Positions 27,093 through 37,557 of a DNA stretch of 41,086 nt are shown here, one piece after another; the stretch's first letter is position 1; the number at the start of each line of letters is the position of its first letter. The translations under genes were made by a program, and so were the position numbers. This DNA comes from Welwitschia mirabilis. Lineage: Eukaryota. The stretch spans positions 32,312,804 through 32,353,889 of the forward strand of contig JBOZIK010000001.1 in NCBI GenBank assembly GCA_051453625.1, given 5' to 3'. The notes below the pieces were generated by a model that had not been told where the DNA came from, did no database searches, and worked only from the letters and a program-made list of their open reading frames with translations.

Positions 27093-27997
27093 TCAGAATC
27101 ATGATGATAAACTTCTATGTCTATTTCAAGAGCCATAACAACATCATCATAAGATATTAGTCCTTTGTACGGTTTATGGAAGTTATTCTTGTTAGCTTAA
27201 TTGGTTCATATTTTGGAAAGCTAATTTTAAAGAGCAGATATTAATTTATCAAGAGAGATAAGGGAACTAATGAAATACTACTTTGGAAACTATAGTAGTT
27301 AAACAAATAAACGAGTATTTTAAGTATTCTAATATTGTCAAAGTGCTCAACATTTAACATTTAAAAAATATTATCTTAAATGGTAATACGTGATAAAACT
27401 TCAAAGATATAGAGTATACATGATAAAGGTTTCATTATTAAAGGTTATGATTTGAAGTCTATTATAATCACATTTAAGCGGAAAAATATATTTAAAACTT
27501 GCTTAGTAAATGTTGTCGATTCAACATTTTCAAAAGCTATTATAATGTGTATGCTTAGCTAGTATGCACTATGTAAGTTTATCTACTTAAAAAATTCATT
27601 AATAAAATATTATCTTTATGTACTCCATTAAAGTGTAATCAACAAAGATCTCAAATAGGGAAAATGCTTCCCAAATAAAGTAAAAGTGCAAAGAAAGAGT
27701 TACATAGATGTGAATAATAACACTAACAATATTTGTTTTTCGTACATCAAAGGGCCAACAAAAAGTTCTAGAAGACCACAAGCATCTACTAATAGAACCA
27801 CAATAAACTAATAAAGAAAACAAAAGTTACATTAAAAAGTTCGACATCATCTAAATGTTAAACCATTAATCTAATGTAAAGAAAAGGGTCGAGATCAGTA
27901 AGAATCATCGAAACACCAAACATCCAATCACAAAAGCATCCCAAATATCTTTCTAAAATTACAGACATCTTTCTAAACCCCATACTGTTTCGCTGGA

Positions 27998-29689
27998 ATG
28001 GGTCTCAAAGAGCGACTGCATAAGATGGCGCAGAAGATGGACGAACTCTGGGACGATCCTCCGCAGCAACAAAACCAGTCCGAGGAAGGCCAAGATTTGG
28101 TAGCACAAACATCGCCTCAGACAGAAACGCCTCTGCAATCGCCATCCGCCTCTTCGTCTTTCAACCAAAATGGTGCCTCTGCATCCAAAAGCAGTCTGGA
28201 AAAGTCGTATCAGCAGCAGATCAGGCCACTTCTCGATGTGGTCGACAGGCTGCGAAACCTCGACGTCGTCAGTGAAGGAATCGATCTCCCTGCAATTGTC
28301 GTTGTGGGTGATCAATCCAGCGGCAAATCCAGCGTTCTGGAGNNNNNNNNNNNNNNNNNNNNNNNNNNNNNNNNNNNNNNNNNNNNNNNNNNNNNNNNNN
28401 NNNNNNNNNNNNNNNNNNNNNNNNNNNNNNNNNNNNNNNNNNNNNNNNNNNNNNNNNNNNNNNNNNNNNNNNNNNNNNNNNNNNNNNNNNNNNNNNNNNN
28501 NNNNNNNNNNNNNNNNNNNNNNNNNNNNNNNNNNNNNNGCGATACCAATACAGAAGGGCTCTGGGAAAAGGTCACTGCGAATGCCGTAAACATTGGCCAT
28601 GGGTATGTCTGTGTGCGGAACTGTCTCGACGGGGAAACTATGGCAGAGGCGCGGACAAGAGAAAAAGTGCTATTTGAGCACCACAAAGCGCTCAAAAACC
28701 TCGACAGATCCATGGTAGGAATACCGATGTTGGCCAAGAAATTGATGCAAATCCAGGAGACGAAACTGCGTTTATGTATTCCGGGTATCCTCAAAAAAAT
28801 TGACTCAGAACTCATGGCGCGGCAGGAGCAACTTAGCAAAATGCCGAAGCATATCTGTCGCCCAGAAGAAGCCTACCCAATGTATGTTGAACTGCTTCAT
28901 TCCGTCACCCAATGTCTGCAACGAATTCTTGTCCAGGGCGATATCCAGTCCTTCCAGGACGATCCGGCAATGCACTGTACTGCCCGACTGAGCGAAATGT
29001 ACGACAAATTCTTCGATCGTCTTTGGAGCACGAATTCCGGTAGGAGGGACTTGTTTTCGCGGGTAGTGTTTCTGATGGAAGAATCCAAGGGCGATAGTCT
29101 GCCGAACTTTCTTTTCCGGCATGTTTTTCACACAATTCTGCTGGAGACCGTCGATGGCGTTTCAGATGCCGCGGAGGAACTGGTTTCCAGTGCCTGGAAC
29201 TGCGTTGAGAAGGCACACCATCGCATCGCGAAAAGCTATTACGAGGAATATCCGCTCCTGTTGGCAAGCATACAGGGAACAGTAGTAGAAATGGTTCACA
29301 AAAAGAAGAAAGAATGTCTGGAACGAGTGAGGGAAGTGCTGGAGATGGAAAAGGCACTGGATTTTACGGAGAACCCGCTGTATAGGGAAACTCTGGCACA
29401 CTTGCTCCAGTCCAAGACAAATTTTTTGCAGAGCGTTCGCACAGAATCAGAGCCGTCGATTGTGCAAATCGATGGGCTGGGCGAGGTCGATGTTTCGTTT
29501 GCGCGGTCTCTGCCTGCACATCGGCTGGATTCTGGGTATGATATGCTGGTGAGCGTTACTGCGTATTGGCAGGTCGTCACACTCCGTCTGGGCGATATTT
29601 TGCCGATGATTTTGCAGTTCTCTGTAAGGAATTTAGTTAATTCCGAGTTTCGTGTGGGTTTTTCGAGTGTTTCCTTTGCAATGGAATAA
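27998..29689 (+). CDS. DRP4: Mx-like dynamin-related GTPase, plant DRP4 family (DRP4C-like); GTPase core in an N gap; C-terminus short
   Basis: SYQQQIRPLLDVVDRLRNL, G1 LPAIVVVGDQSSGKSSVLE, GYVCVRN, RILVQGD...MHCTARL, LPNF, EMEK..DFTENP, AYWQVV..RL, LQFSVRNLVN, all collinear with DRP4C as recalled; no stops in sequenced parts; GC/CpG-rich. Confidence 0.93.
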   Translation: MGLKERLHKMAQKMDELWDDPPQQQNQSEEGQDLVAQTSPQTETPLQSPSASSSFNQNGASASKSSLEKSYQQQIRPLLDVVDRLRNLDVVSEGIDLPAIVVVGDQSSGKSSVLEXXXXXXXXXXXXXXXXXXXXXXXXXXXXXXXXXXXXXXXXXXXXXXXXXXXXXXXXXXXXXXXXXXDTNTEGLWEKVTANAVNIGHGYVCVRNCLDGETMAEARTREKVLFEHHKALKNLDRSMVGIPMLAKKLMQIQETKLRLCIPGILKKIDSELMARQEQLSKMPKHICRPEEAYPMYVELLHSVTQCLQRILVQGDIQSFQDDPAMHCTARLSEMYDKFFDRLWSTNSGRRDLFSRVVFLMEESKGDSLPNFLFRHVFHTILLETVDGVSDAAEELVSSAWNCVEKAHHRIAKSYYEEYPLLLASIQGTVVEMVHKKKKECLERVREVLEMEKALDFTENPLYRETLAHLLQSKTNFLQSVRTESEPSIVQIDGLGEVDVSFARSLPAHRLDSGYDMLVSVTAYWQVVTLRLGDILPMILQFSVRNLVNSEFRVGFSSVSFAME

Positions 29690-31530
29690 TATAACTACCA
29701 CGAAATTCATCAAATCTTTTCATATCAATCCTCTTTTAACACTTCTTGTTTCATCCCTCAAATCTTTTAAAAACACTTAAATATGAAGCGGGCTAAACAA
29801 CTTTCTATCTTATAAGGTGTACAACTGAAATGCACACCACAAGTTTGAAACTGTATACCACGTGTCCTCACCCCAATACATGTACACAAATTTAATAAAA
29901 GTTGGGAGGGAGTTTAGCTTCTCCACATAAATATTGATATTTTTCCAAAAATATAGCTTTAATATTATTCTTACATTAATATTATATTTGGAAGTCTATG
30001 ATACTAAAGCATTTCATCTACTTTTAGCAAAGAGTAAAATTATCTTTCACTATTGATTTCTAAATAGTTGGATTTACTAAAAGAGTTAAATAAACTAATA
30101 TGTAATCTTGAGTATTTTACTCTCAAGTGTTAGCATTAGAGTGATATTAATGTCTCTGACTTTCTTGAGGCAAAAAATACTCTATTATTTATATGACTAA
30201 ATTCCATACATTTAGTTAGATGATCCATTCACAATGGAACTAAAATCCCATCATTTTCTTAAATAAATTAACAATAATAAATTTAGAATTGTTGGTTCTT
30301 TTTATTATACCCTATATAATCTTCACTTCCTTTATCATGTTAGTTCATTCCTTATTCCATTTTTAGCTTTTCCTTAATAGCCCTTTGAGCCATCTCATTG
30401 GCTATATCTTGTTTAAGCTCATCTTATTTGAACCTAAACCTTCCTTTTTAATAGTAATAATAATAATAATGTTAATACAAGTTGGAAACTACGTATAATT
30501 TTTTGGTGAGTTGAAATACCTTGCAAAGTAAAATCTTCATCTTCAATTCATAACTCTTTTAAAGGCTGTATTTTTACTAGGTCATATTATTGTTTTCATT
30601 CCCTTATTTAACTAGTATATCACTAAAATATCAAGTTTTATTAATAAATGATCTCCTTAATAATAGTGTCAAAATGACGGTTTATAAAGTATTCAGAATA
30701 ATACCAATTTTTAATAGTTATTTGTATCCTAAATTATGTAATTGAAATATATTTAACACTAATGCCATGCAAATATTAATATCTTATTAGTTAAAAATAA
30801 GTTAAAGAAACACTTTATTTCAAATTTTTTATGCATATATTTATAAGATTTCAGGGAAATCTACCATTGAAAACCCTAATTAAAATCTCTGTTAACTTTA
30901 AAGAGAAATTAATATAAGGTTTTAGTAATTCTTTTAGAAACATGAGCATCAAGCCTTAAATAATTTTCAATAATACTACTTTTAGAAATAACATAAGTAA
31001 TTTCTCAAAAAATACACACTTTTATTTTTATAAAAGAGAACATTAGTGTAGAATTTGTAGCTACTAAATAGAAAATAAAAGAATTGACTTTTTATAACTT
31101 GGTGGGGTTATAATACGAATAAGCTACAAAAAATAAAGAAATTACTTTTACATCTTATTAAGGTGAGAGTACTAACAAATACTTAAAATCATTTAGAAAA
31201 ACTTTAGAAGAAAATAGGCCTATGTTAACTACTTTCTAGCTAAATGAAGCATAACTTTACTATAGAAAAAAGTATTTTTCAAGAATTTGCAAATATTCTA
31301 GCACAAATCAAAAGCTTCCTCCCATTCCTATTTGAAGGGTATTTATCTAAAAATTTAAAACTAAGTTCAATAGTTAGAATTTATTTAGGTTCATGTCTTA
31401 CTTCTTTTTTCTTATTTCACTCCTCATTCTTCTCTACCACTTGTCATTCATAATAGTTTTCTTTTAGTTCATTTTTTATAAGAATACTATCAATTCCTAT
31501 TAACATTCTAAAGAAAAATAGTTAATAATT
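29690..31530 (-). pseudogene. Fossil gene copy B, LRR region plus unassigned C-terminal part
   Basis: Repeat of copy A over 30350-31530; minus strand CVFFEKLLMLFLKVVLLKII*GLMLMFLKELLKPYINFSLKLTEIL (~31018-30881) fits an LxxLxLxxCxxLxxI periodicity; ELKQDIANEMAQRAIKEKLKME (30420-30355). Confidence 0.45.
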
Positions 31531-32280
31531 ATTAAGTTTTAGTATTAGTTTTAGCTAAAACATATACAAACTATGGTACGTTGATAGATATATAAAAGCA
31601 CAAAAATTAAGTTCCACCAATAATAGAAGGAAGGGATATCTTAGACGAACACTTAAATTAGTTGGAATTCAAAACATGAGTTAGAGGTATTACATTCAAT
31701 ATTACTCTTCATTTAATTTATAGAGCTTTAAGTCTATCAACCTCTAATTTACATGTATGCACATTAGAAAACTATTTTTCTAGACTATGTGGTAAGCCAG
31801 ATATTGGGTATACCTCAAATAAGAAGGGGATTGTTCCATGTATGTATTTTTTTGAAAATAATTTTTTGTTATTTAAATTCATCATTAAAAATGTATATCT
31901 GCTTTTAGATGTTATCAATGCTTACTCCTTCTCTTTAACTCTCATGTCTATTATTCAGAATAATAAGATATTTGATATATGTAAATTTTATTTTCATGTA
32001 ATTAACAAAGAAAGGGAGAGACTAAAAATATCCCCTTCTCCATTACTATTAGTAATATTATGGGATATGTAAATGATAGTGAACCTTTCCATGTTGAAAA
32101 TGAAATGGAAAGCCATAGAATATATCACTGGTATGTAGATCACCTACTTATGAAGATATGATAGACCGAATTAGGCCACAAAATATTAAGTGGGAGTATT
32201 TAAAGATCAAAATTAGAAAGAAGAAAAAGAAGAAGAAGAATAAGAAAGATCACCTCTACCTTCATCATACCATAGAGCCA
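31530..32280 (+). pseudogene. Second env-like / plant transposon protein remnant of an LTR element
   Basis: Long frame ...LLFKFIIKNVYLL...LMSIIQNNKIFDICKFYFHVI...SPSPLLLVILWD resembles the C-terminal half of the Transposase_32-like domain; starts where the A/B homology ends. Confidence 0.4.
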
Positions 32281-32344
32281 TGATATCAGTGTCCACTTTG
32301 ATGTAGGAGCATCCTTAATAAATAAATTAAAATTATTTTACATT

Positions 32345-33160
32345 AGTAAGGGGTATGCTATGTAAAATAAAGAAAACCATATGTAATAAGCATGTTGCAA
32401 ATGAATGGTCATTTAATTTAGCATGTTTAAAGGAAATCTACTTGCAAGGAATATGCTATGTTTAGAGAGAATCTTGGTATAAGAAATATGCTATGTTTAA
32501 AAAATATTTATGGTAAAACATGTAAGAGACTAATGTTATAGGATTTCTTTAGGATTAATATTTCTCTTAAATCCTTATAAATAAGAGTCAGTGATGAGAT
32601 GAATAGTATTATTTAGAAGTTATAGTTAAGAATGAAGAAGGGAAAGATNNNNNNNNNNNNNNNNNNNNNNNNNNNNNNNNNNNNNNNNNNNNNNNNNNNN
32701 NNNNNNNNNNNNNATGTGGGCTTACATAAATTTTATCTTGAAGAATATCAAGCATCAAAGTAATTAAAGTGATAAAAGTTAGGATGATTATTTGAAAGCC
32801 TATTATTAAGGAGAGCTCATGAAAGCTCTACTAGATGGGATTTTAGTCTATGAGCTTGTACTTTTTATACCATTAATATAAATTAATTATTTTATTACAT
32901 TAAATACCTTTTTCCACATATTTCTTTTTTATTCCTCAATAAACTTCCAATTCGAAAAGTGATCATGTTGTTTTCATTGTATCATCTCTACATTATAATT
33001 CTTCCTATAAGGAAAAAGAGTTTGGAACTAGAACCTCTTTCTTTTGTCTTTGTCTTTCTTTCATATCTTATTTTATCATGTCTTCTCTTGTTTTGCCTCA
33101 TGATATATATAATACTTTCATATTAACTAATAGTAAAATGTGTGATTTTCTTTTATTACA
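32345..33160 (+). mobile_element. Probable LTR fragment (boundaries uncertain)
   Basis: Purine tract AGTAAGGGG then TG at ~32355, short ATGCTATGTTTA repeats, CTTATAAATAAG TATA-like box at ~32574; no partner LTR found. Confidence 0.3.
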
Positions 33161-33699
33161 GGACTTTATTAATATTTTCTGATTTTTAACTTAACTAAAA
33201 TTTAACAAAAATGTATAAATTTGTTAAAAGCGATGAAAATTAGCACCATTTTCTAAAATATTATTAAAAATAATTTTCTTTATGTAGAAATATCCATTTT
33301 TGAACTAAAAGAAATTAAAAATTTTACAATATCAAACAGATTTTTATGATGAATTTGAATGCTAATCTAGTGATTTAAATGATCCAAACTAATTTTTTTG
33401 ACATATCAGTGTTGATCAAGAATTATTAGCTTATTTTTTTATAAATTTAATTACTAATATGGCACATGAGAAATGTATGTAAAAAAATTTAAATTCTAAG
33501 ATAGCCTTTATAACACCTCATTATAGGAAATCTCCTAAAAGACTAGTAAATATCTAGTAGAGGATGCTTTTACACTTAAATTTTTACATTTTTAATCCTA
33601 AAAATTTAGTAAGTTAATATATGATTAAGACTAAATGATTAATGTTTTATATTTTATTTATAAATCATCCTAAGCTATCTAAACTTCATTTTCACCAAG

Positions 33700-35500
33700 C
33701 TAAGTAATCCAATTATTACCATCTTCTAGACTGTTGACACTACTAGTGTTAATGAAGCTAAGTAGATTTGCAAAAGAAGATAAGATAATTGAATGATATG
33801 ATGATATATTAACCTTATAACCTAGTGCTAAATGAATTCACAAATACCAAAAACTACATATCCATGTCCTACTTCCTAAGAAAATGTATCAATGTTCATT
33901 TGTTAATAATAAGGATATACTAATAGATATCTTTAGTCCTATAAAAAACTATAAAATCCTAAGCTATCTTAAGGAATAATACATCCTTCATATTTTAATA
34001 TTTTAATCAATTTTCAAGCTTGAATTCTACCATTTTTAGACAATATTTTGTTATCATTTATCAAAAATTTACTATTTTAGATCTGGAATAATAATGATTA
34101 TAATGAGGGATTGTCTTATCGTTAGGTTTCAAGACTCTTTTCTTCTTTCCAAAGTGTGAGGAAATGACTAATTCACATAGCATCTAGCATTCCTTACCTT
34201 AGTCTTGATCTATAATTTTGTATTCTCTCTAATAATTATATGATTGGTGAATTCACTTTTGTCTATGATTGAATTTGCTTTACTTTTTTATATTTGTTTT
34301 AATTAATATTATTAATTATGTGATAGTATTTTTTAATGTTTCTTTGTACTTTTTTCATAAAAATTTATCTTTTAATGCTTTATAGGATTTCGATTATTGA
34401 TACCTTAGTAGATTTTATTTTTTATACTATCTTAATGTTTTTCTACACTTCATTGTAAGAAATAATAATCTCATAAATTGTAATTTCTTTACATTTAGAA
34501 TCTAGAGAAAAATAATTTATTAACTCTCTAGAAAACTAGTTATATGTTGTGAATTATGTCTTTATTAACTAAGGTTTGCATGATAGATTTATACATGAAG
34601 AATTATTTCTACATGAACCATTATTTATAATTTTCGAAATAAGATATCAAATAACTTAAATACTTTCTTAATTAATTTTTCAAACTTCCTTATATTCAAA
34701 AATCCTTTTGAAATCTATTTCAAGTTCTTGTAATCTTTAAAAAACTTTTTTAGTTTTTGTAAGAGAACAATAATTATAGTTATCTATACTATAATAAAGT
34801 CCATAAATACTTATTTAAAATTACTACCTATGCCTTTCAAAACATCTTTATATTCAAACCTAAATCTACTTCAAGTTCTTGTAAGTTTTAAAATAATATT
34901 TTAGTTCTTATGAGATAATGATAATTATAATTATCTATACTACAATAGAAACCTTGGCTTCTTATTTACAATTGTTTTCTATAGGTTAATTGCTAGAGCA
35001 TATCTTTTATAGATCATAATCTATTATAGAAGTTAAGTTATAGCAATGCTTAAAAATATTTTCCTCCATTTAATCATTAAAAATCTCATCCATAACTAAA
35101 AATTCAGGGATAGTAATAAATGAATAAGAATACATACAATATCATGCTATGAAGAAAATAAAAGCTATATTGGTTGTATCATCCTTTAATTGTGCATTCA
35201 TTTATATTTCGACTATTACATCTATTACTCAATAACATACCCTTTAAACATCAAAAAATATAACACAGATAATGAATAAAAACTGTTGAGTTAATTCCTT
35301 CATTTGAGTTAATTATTTTGATTACATACATATCAAATAGAAGTATGCATAAATGTAAAATTAGATGCATCTTAGTGATAATCTACCTAATGTCTTTAAT
35401 ATACTGATAAGTTACCATTCAAATTTACTTATTCTATTTTCATTAATATCAAATTAGAACATTTCCATAACTTACGTATACTTGTCTTGAAATAATTTTA
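33700..35500 (-). pseudogene. Fossil gene copy C, more diverged, with clear LRR remnants
   Basis: Minus strand VLLQKLKKFFKDYKNLK*ISKGFLNIRKFEKL (34768-34673; Y plausibly from TGC>TAC). Patchy collinear matches to A/B: 35177 TATCATCCTTTAATTGT vs 25252 TATCATCCATTACTGT; 35393-35420 vs 25474-25507; 34996 vs 31248; 33851-33888 vs 29848-29885. Confidence 0.45.
34677..34985. repeat. Tandem duplication of ~155 bp (about two LRR units)
   Basis: TTTTCAAA...TATATTCAAA...AAATCTAYTTCAAGTTCTTGTAA...ATAATTATARTTATCTATACTA at 34677-34834 and 34835-34985. Confidence 0.85.
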
Positions 35501-35898
35501 AAATACATGATTTCAAAAAATAATACTTTTAATTTAGAGAGAATAGTACTTATCATTATGAATGGTTATTCGTGGTAAAATTTGGCTATGCTTGTATCTA
35601 TTATCAATGTATAGTAAATAAAAAGATTACCTTAGGAATACAAAACTTACATGGCCAAACACAACTTTTACCATAAGTACTAGGACTTTTAGTTGTAGTA
35701 TGGTCCCAATGTTTTTTTCTCCACAAAGATAGATAATGTGAGATATTAAGAATGCAAGCATAATAATAATGAGTATACGAGAATTAAAAATATATAAGAG
35801 AATTAGGAATGGAATACATCATTTAAACTAGCATAATAACTTCATAGAAAAGCATGAGTATTGAAGTAAATTCATGTAGCTTTTACTCTAACTCAACC

Positions 35899-35998
35899 AT
35901 AGTGGCATAGACTCATCCACCATAAGCGTGAGGCTCATGTTGTTCTAGCTCAAGGATAGTGGCATAATCTCATCCATCATAAACATGAGGGTGATGTT
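35899..35998. repeat. Two-copy ~58-bp tandem repeat within a probable LTR fragment
   Basis: ATAGTGGCATAGACTCATCCACCATAAGCGTGAGG and ATAGTGGCATAATCTCATCCATCATAAACATGAGG. Confidence 0.75.
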
Positions 35999-37557
35999 TT
36001 TAAATCACCTAAACTTCATAGTAAAAATAAAATAAGCATGGAAAGTATAGGTTTTCAAAGATCCATCAAATAAACATTTAGGTTATGCAAGCTAGAATGA
36101 AACAAAGAATTACCAAAAGATCTTAAAGTAAAATCATGCCTTAACTAATCCTAAGCATAAAATTTATGAAACCATGAAAATGTTATATTAAAGTAATGCA
36201 CTAAGAACATGTAACACTCTATTATAAAAAATATAAAACCCTATAGTCCATAAAAGTACTCATGCTAAACTAAAAAGAATCATGCTAGCATGGTAGTTGG
36301 CCCATCCCTTTGAGAGGCTTAGAAAGAATACATGCCTAACACTTTAATATCTATTATATAATATGCCTAATAACATCATTAAGTGAAATGAAGTAGTCTA
36401 TTTATAGATCTCAATTATGATTTCTAATCATGGCTTATAAGTTCTAATAAGGTCTTTCTTTGAAATGCCAAAAGTGTATGGGGTCATCATTTAGTCATGA
36501 GGTTAATTTAAGGGGTTCTTCTTAGAAAATATTATTCATTTATCCTCTACCTTTAAAAATGAGTAGATTGAATTACTTGCATTAAGAAATCTTAGAAACA
36601 TAAGTATGAATCATTATACTCATAGTAATTAGTGCTACGACTTCTATAACTAGCATCATCGACAATAATTCTTAGCACTCCTTCATCTTCTACCATAATA
36701 TTCTAGATGATGTAAAGATTCTGTAAAATAATAGTGTTAAGGCATATTATTAGTAAAATTAGATTCCATAAACTTATGCATAAGAAATAAAATTGCCTGG
36801 ATGATCAATTAAGCATGCTAACAAAGCCTAAATTCCTTGATGTAAATATCATACTTTGTAAGTTATTATACCCACAATGAATTTTTTTCTATCTTCTTAG
36901 CAACAAAAAAAAGGTTAAAAAATTACTTAACATGAAAAAAATTGCAAATAAAAGTAATTAAGTGTAAAGATATGAAGGGACTTTGAAAAACAAATTTAGC
37001 TACTGTAAGCTAAAATTAAACTTAAGCAAAAGGATAAATCATGAAAAGTAGGTTCTTAAGTGCAAATGTCACTTTCCCCAACCAAAGATAAATTTTATCC
37101 TTAAAGTTTGAAAGGTATGGAAAAATAAACATAAACATAATGAGAAATTAATAATGCATATTCTAATGTAGTTTCAAATAACCTAGAAATAAAATTTTTG
37201 AAAAATTAGAATATGCAAAGCATGAGTAAACTAGAAAATATAAAATGCAATCTAATACAAAAGAAAGACTAAAAATTAAAATGACTTTTTGAGTGTAATG
37301 ACTTAAGTCTCTACATATGACTTATATCTTCACAAATTATTAAAAAATTACTAAAAAATAATAAAGAAAAAGGAATTAAGTATGATGTTTTAGAAATTAT
37401 GAAATGGACGATGAATCTATACTAGTTGGTTTCTTTGAATTTTTAATAAAGACCCAAGTTCTTGAAGTACTGAAAATGGAATGTAAAGTATCTCAATCTA
37501 ATAAGAGTTTATCTACGCAAATTAAGTTACTAATGCTTATTAGGAAATCTAATAACA

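Noticed and set aside
27959-29580. Antisense and alternate-frame ORFs overlapping the dynamin (e.g. 27959-28600, 28312-28839, 28905-29357)
   Set aside because: Expected shadows of a GC-rich CDS, several inflated by the N gap, with no recognisable motifs
27998-29689. Horizontal transfer or retrocopy origin inferred from high GC and lack of introns
   Set aside because: The protein is collinear with ordinary plant DRP4C, plant DRP4 genes are intron-poor as far as I recall, and no poly(A) tail or TSD is visible
24073-31530. The A/B direct repeats as LTRs of an element that captured the dynamin
   Set aside because: No TG...CA ends, PBS, PPT or TSD; both ends are set by other insertions; the sequence looks coding-derived and has a third paralog
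24073-35500. Endogenous giant-virus or caulimovirid region
   Set aside because: No viral hallmark motifs found by eye; AT richness is explained by deamination; LRR-like patterns fit host genes better
35500-37557. Definite element call for this stretch
   Set aside because: It looks like minus-strand LTR/3' UTR fragments, but I could not fix termini, a TSD or coding motifs
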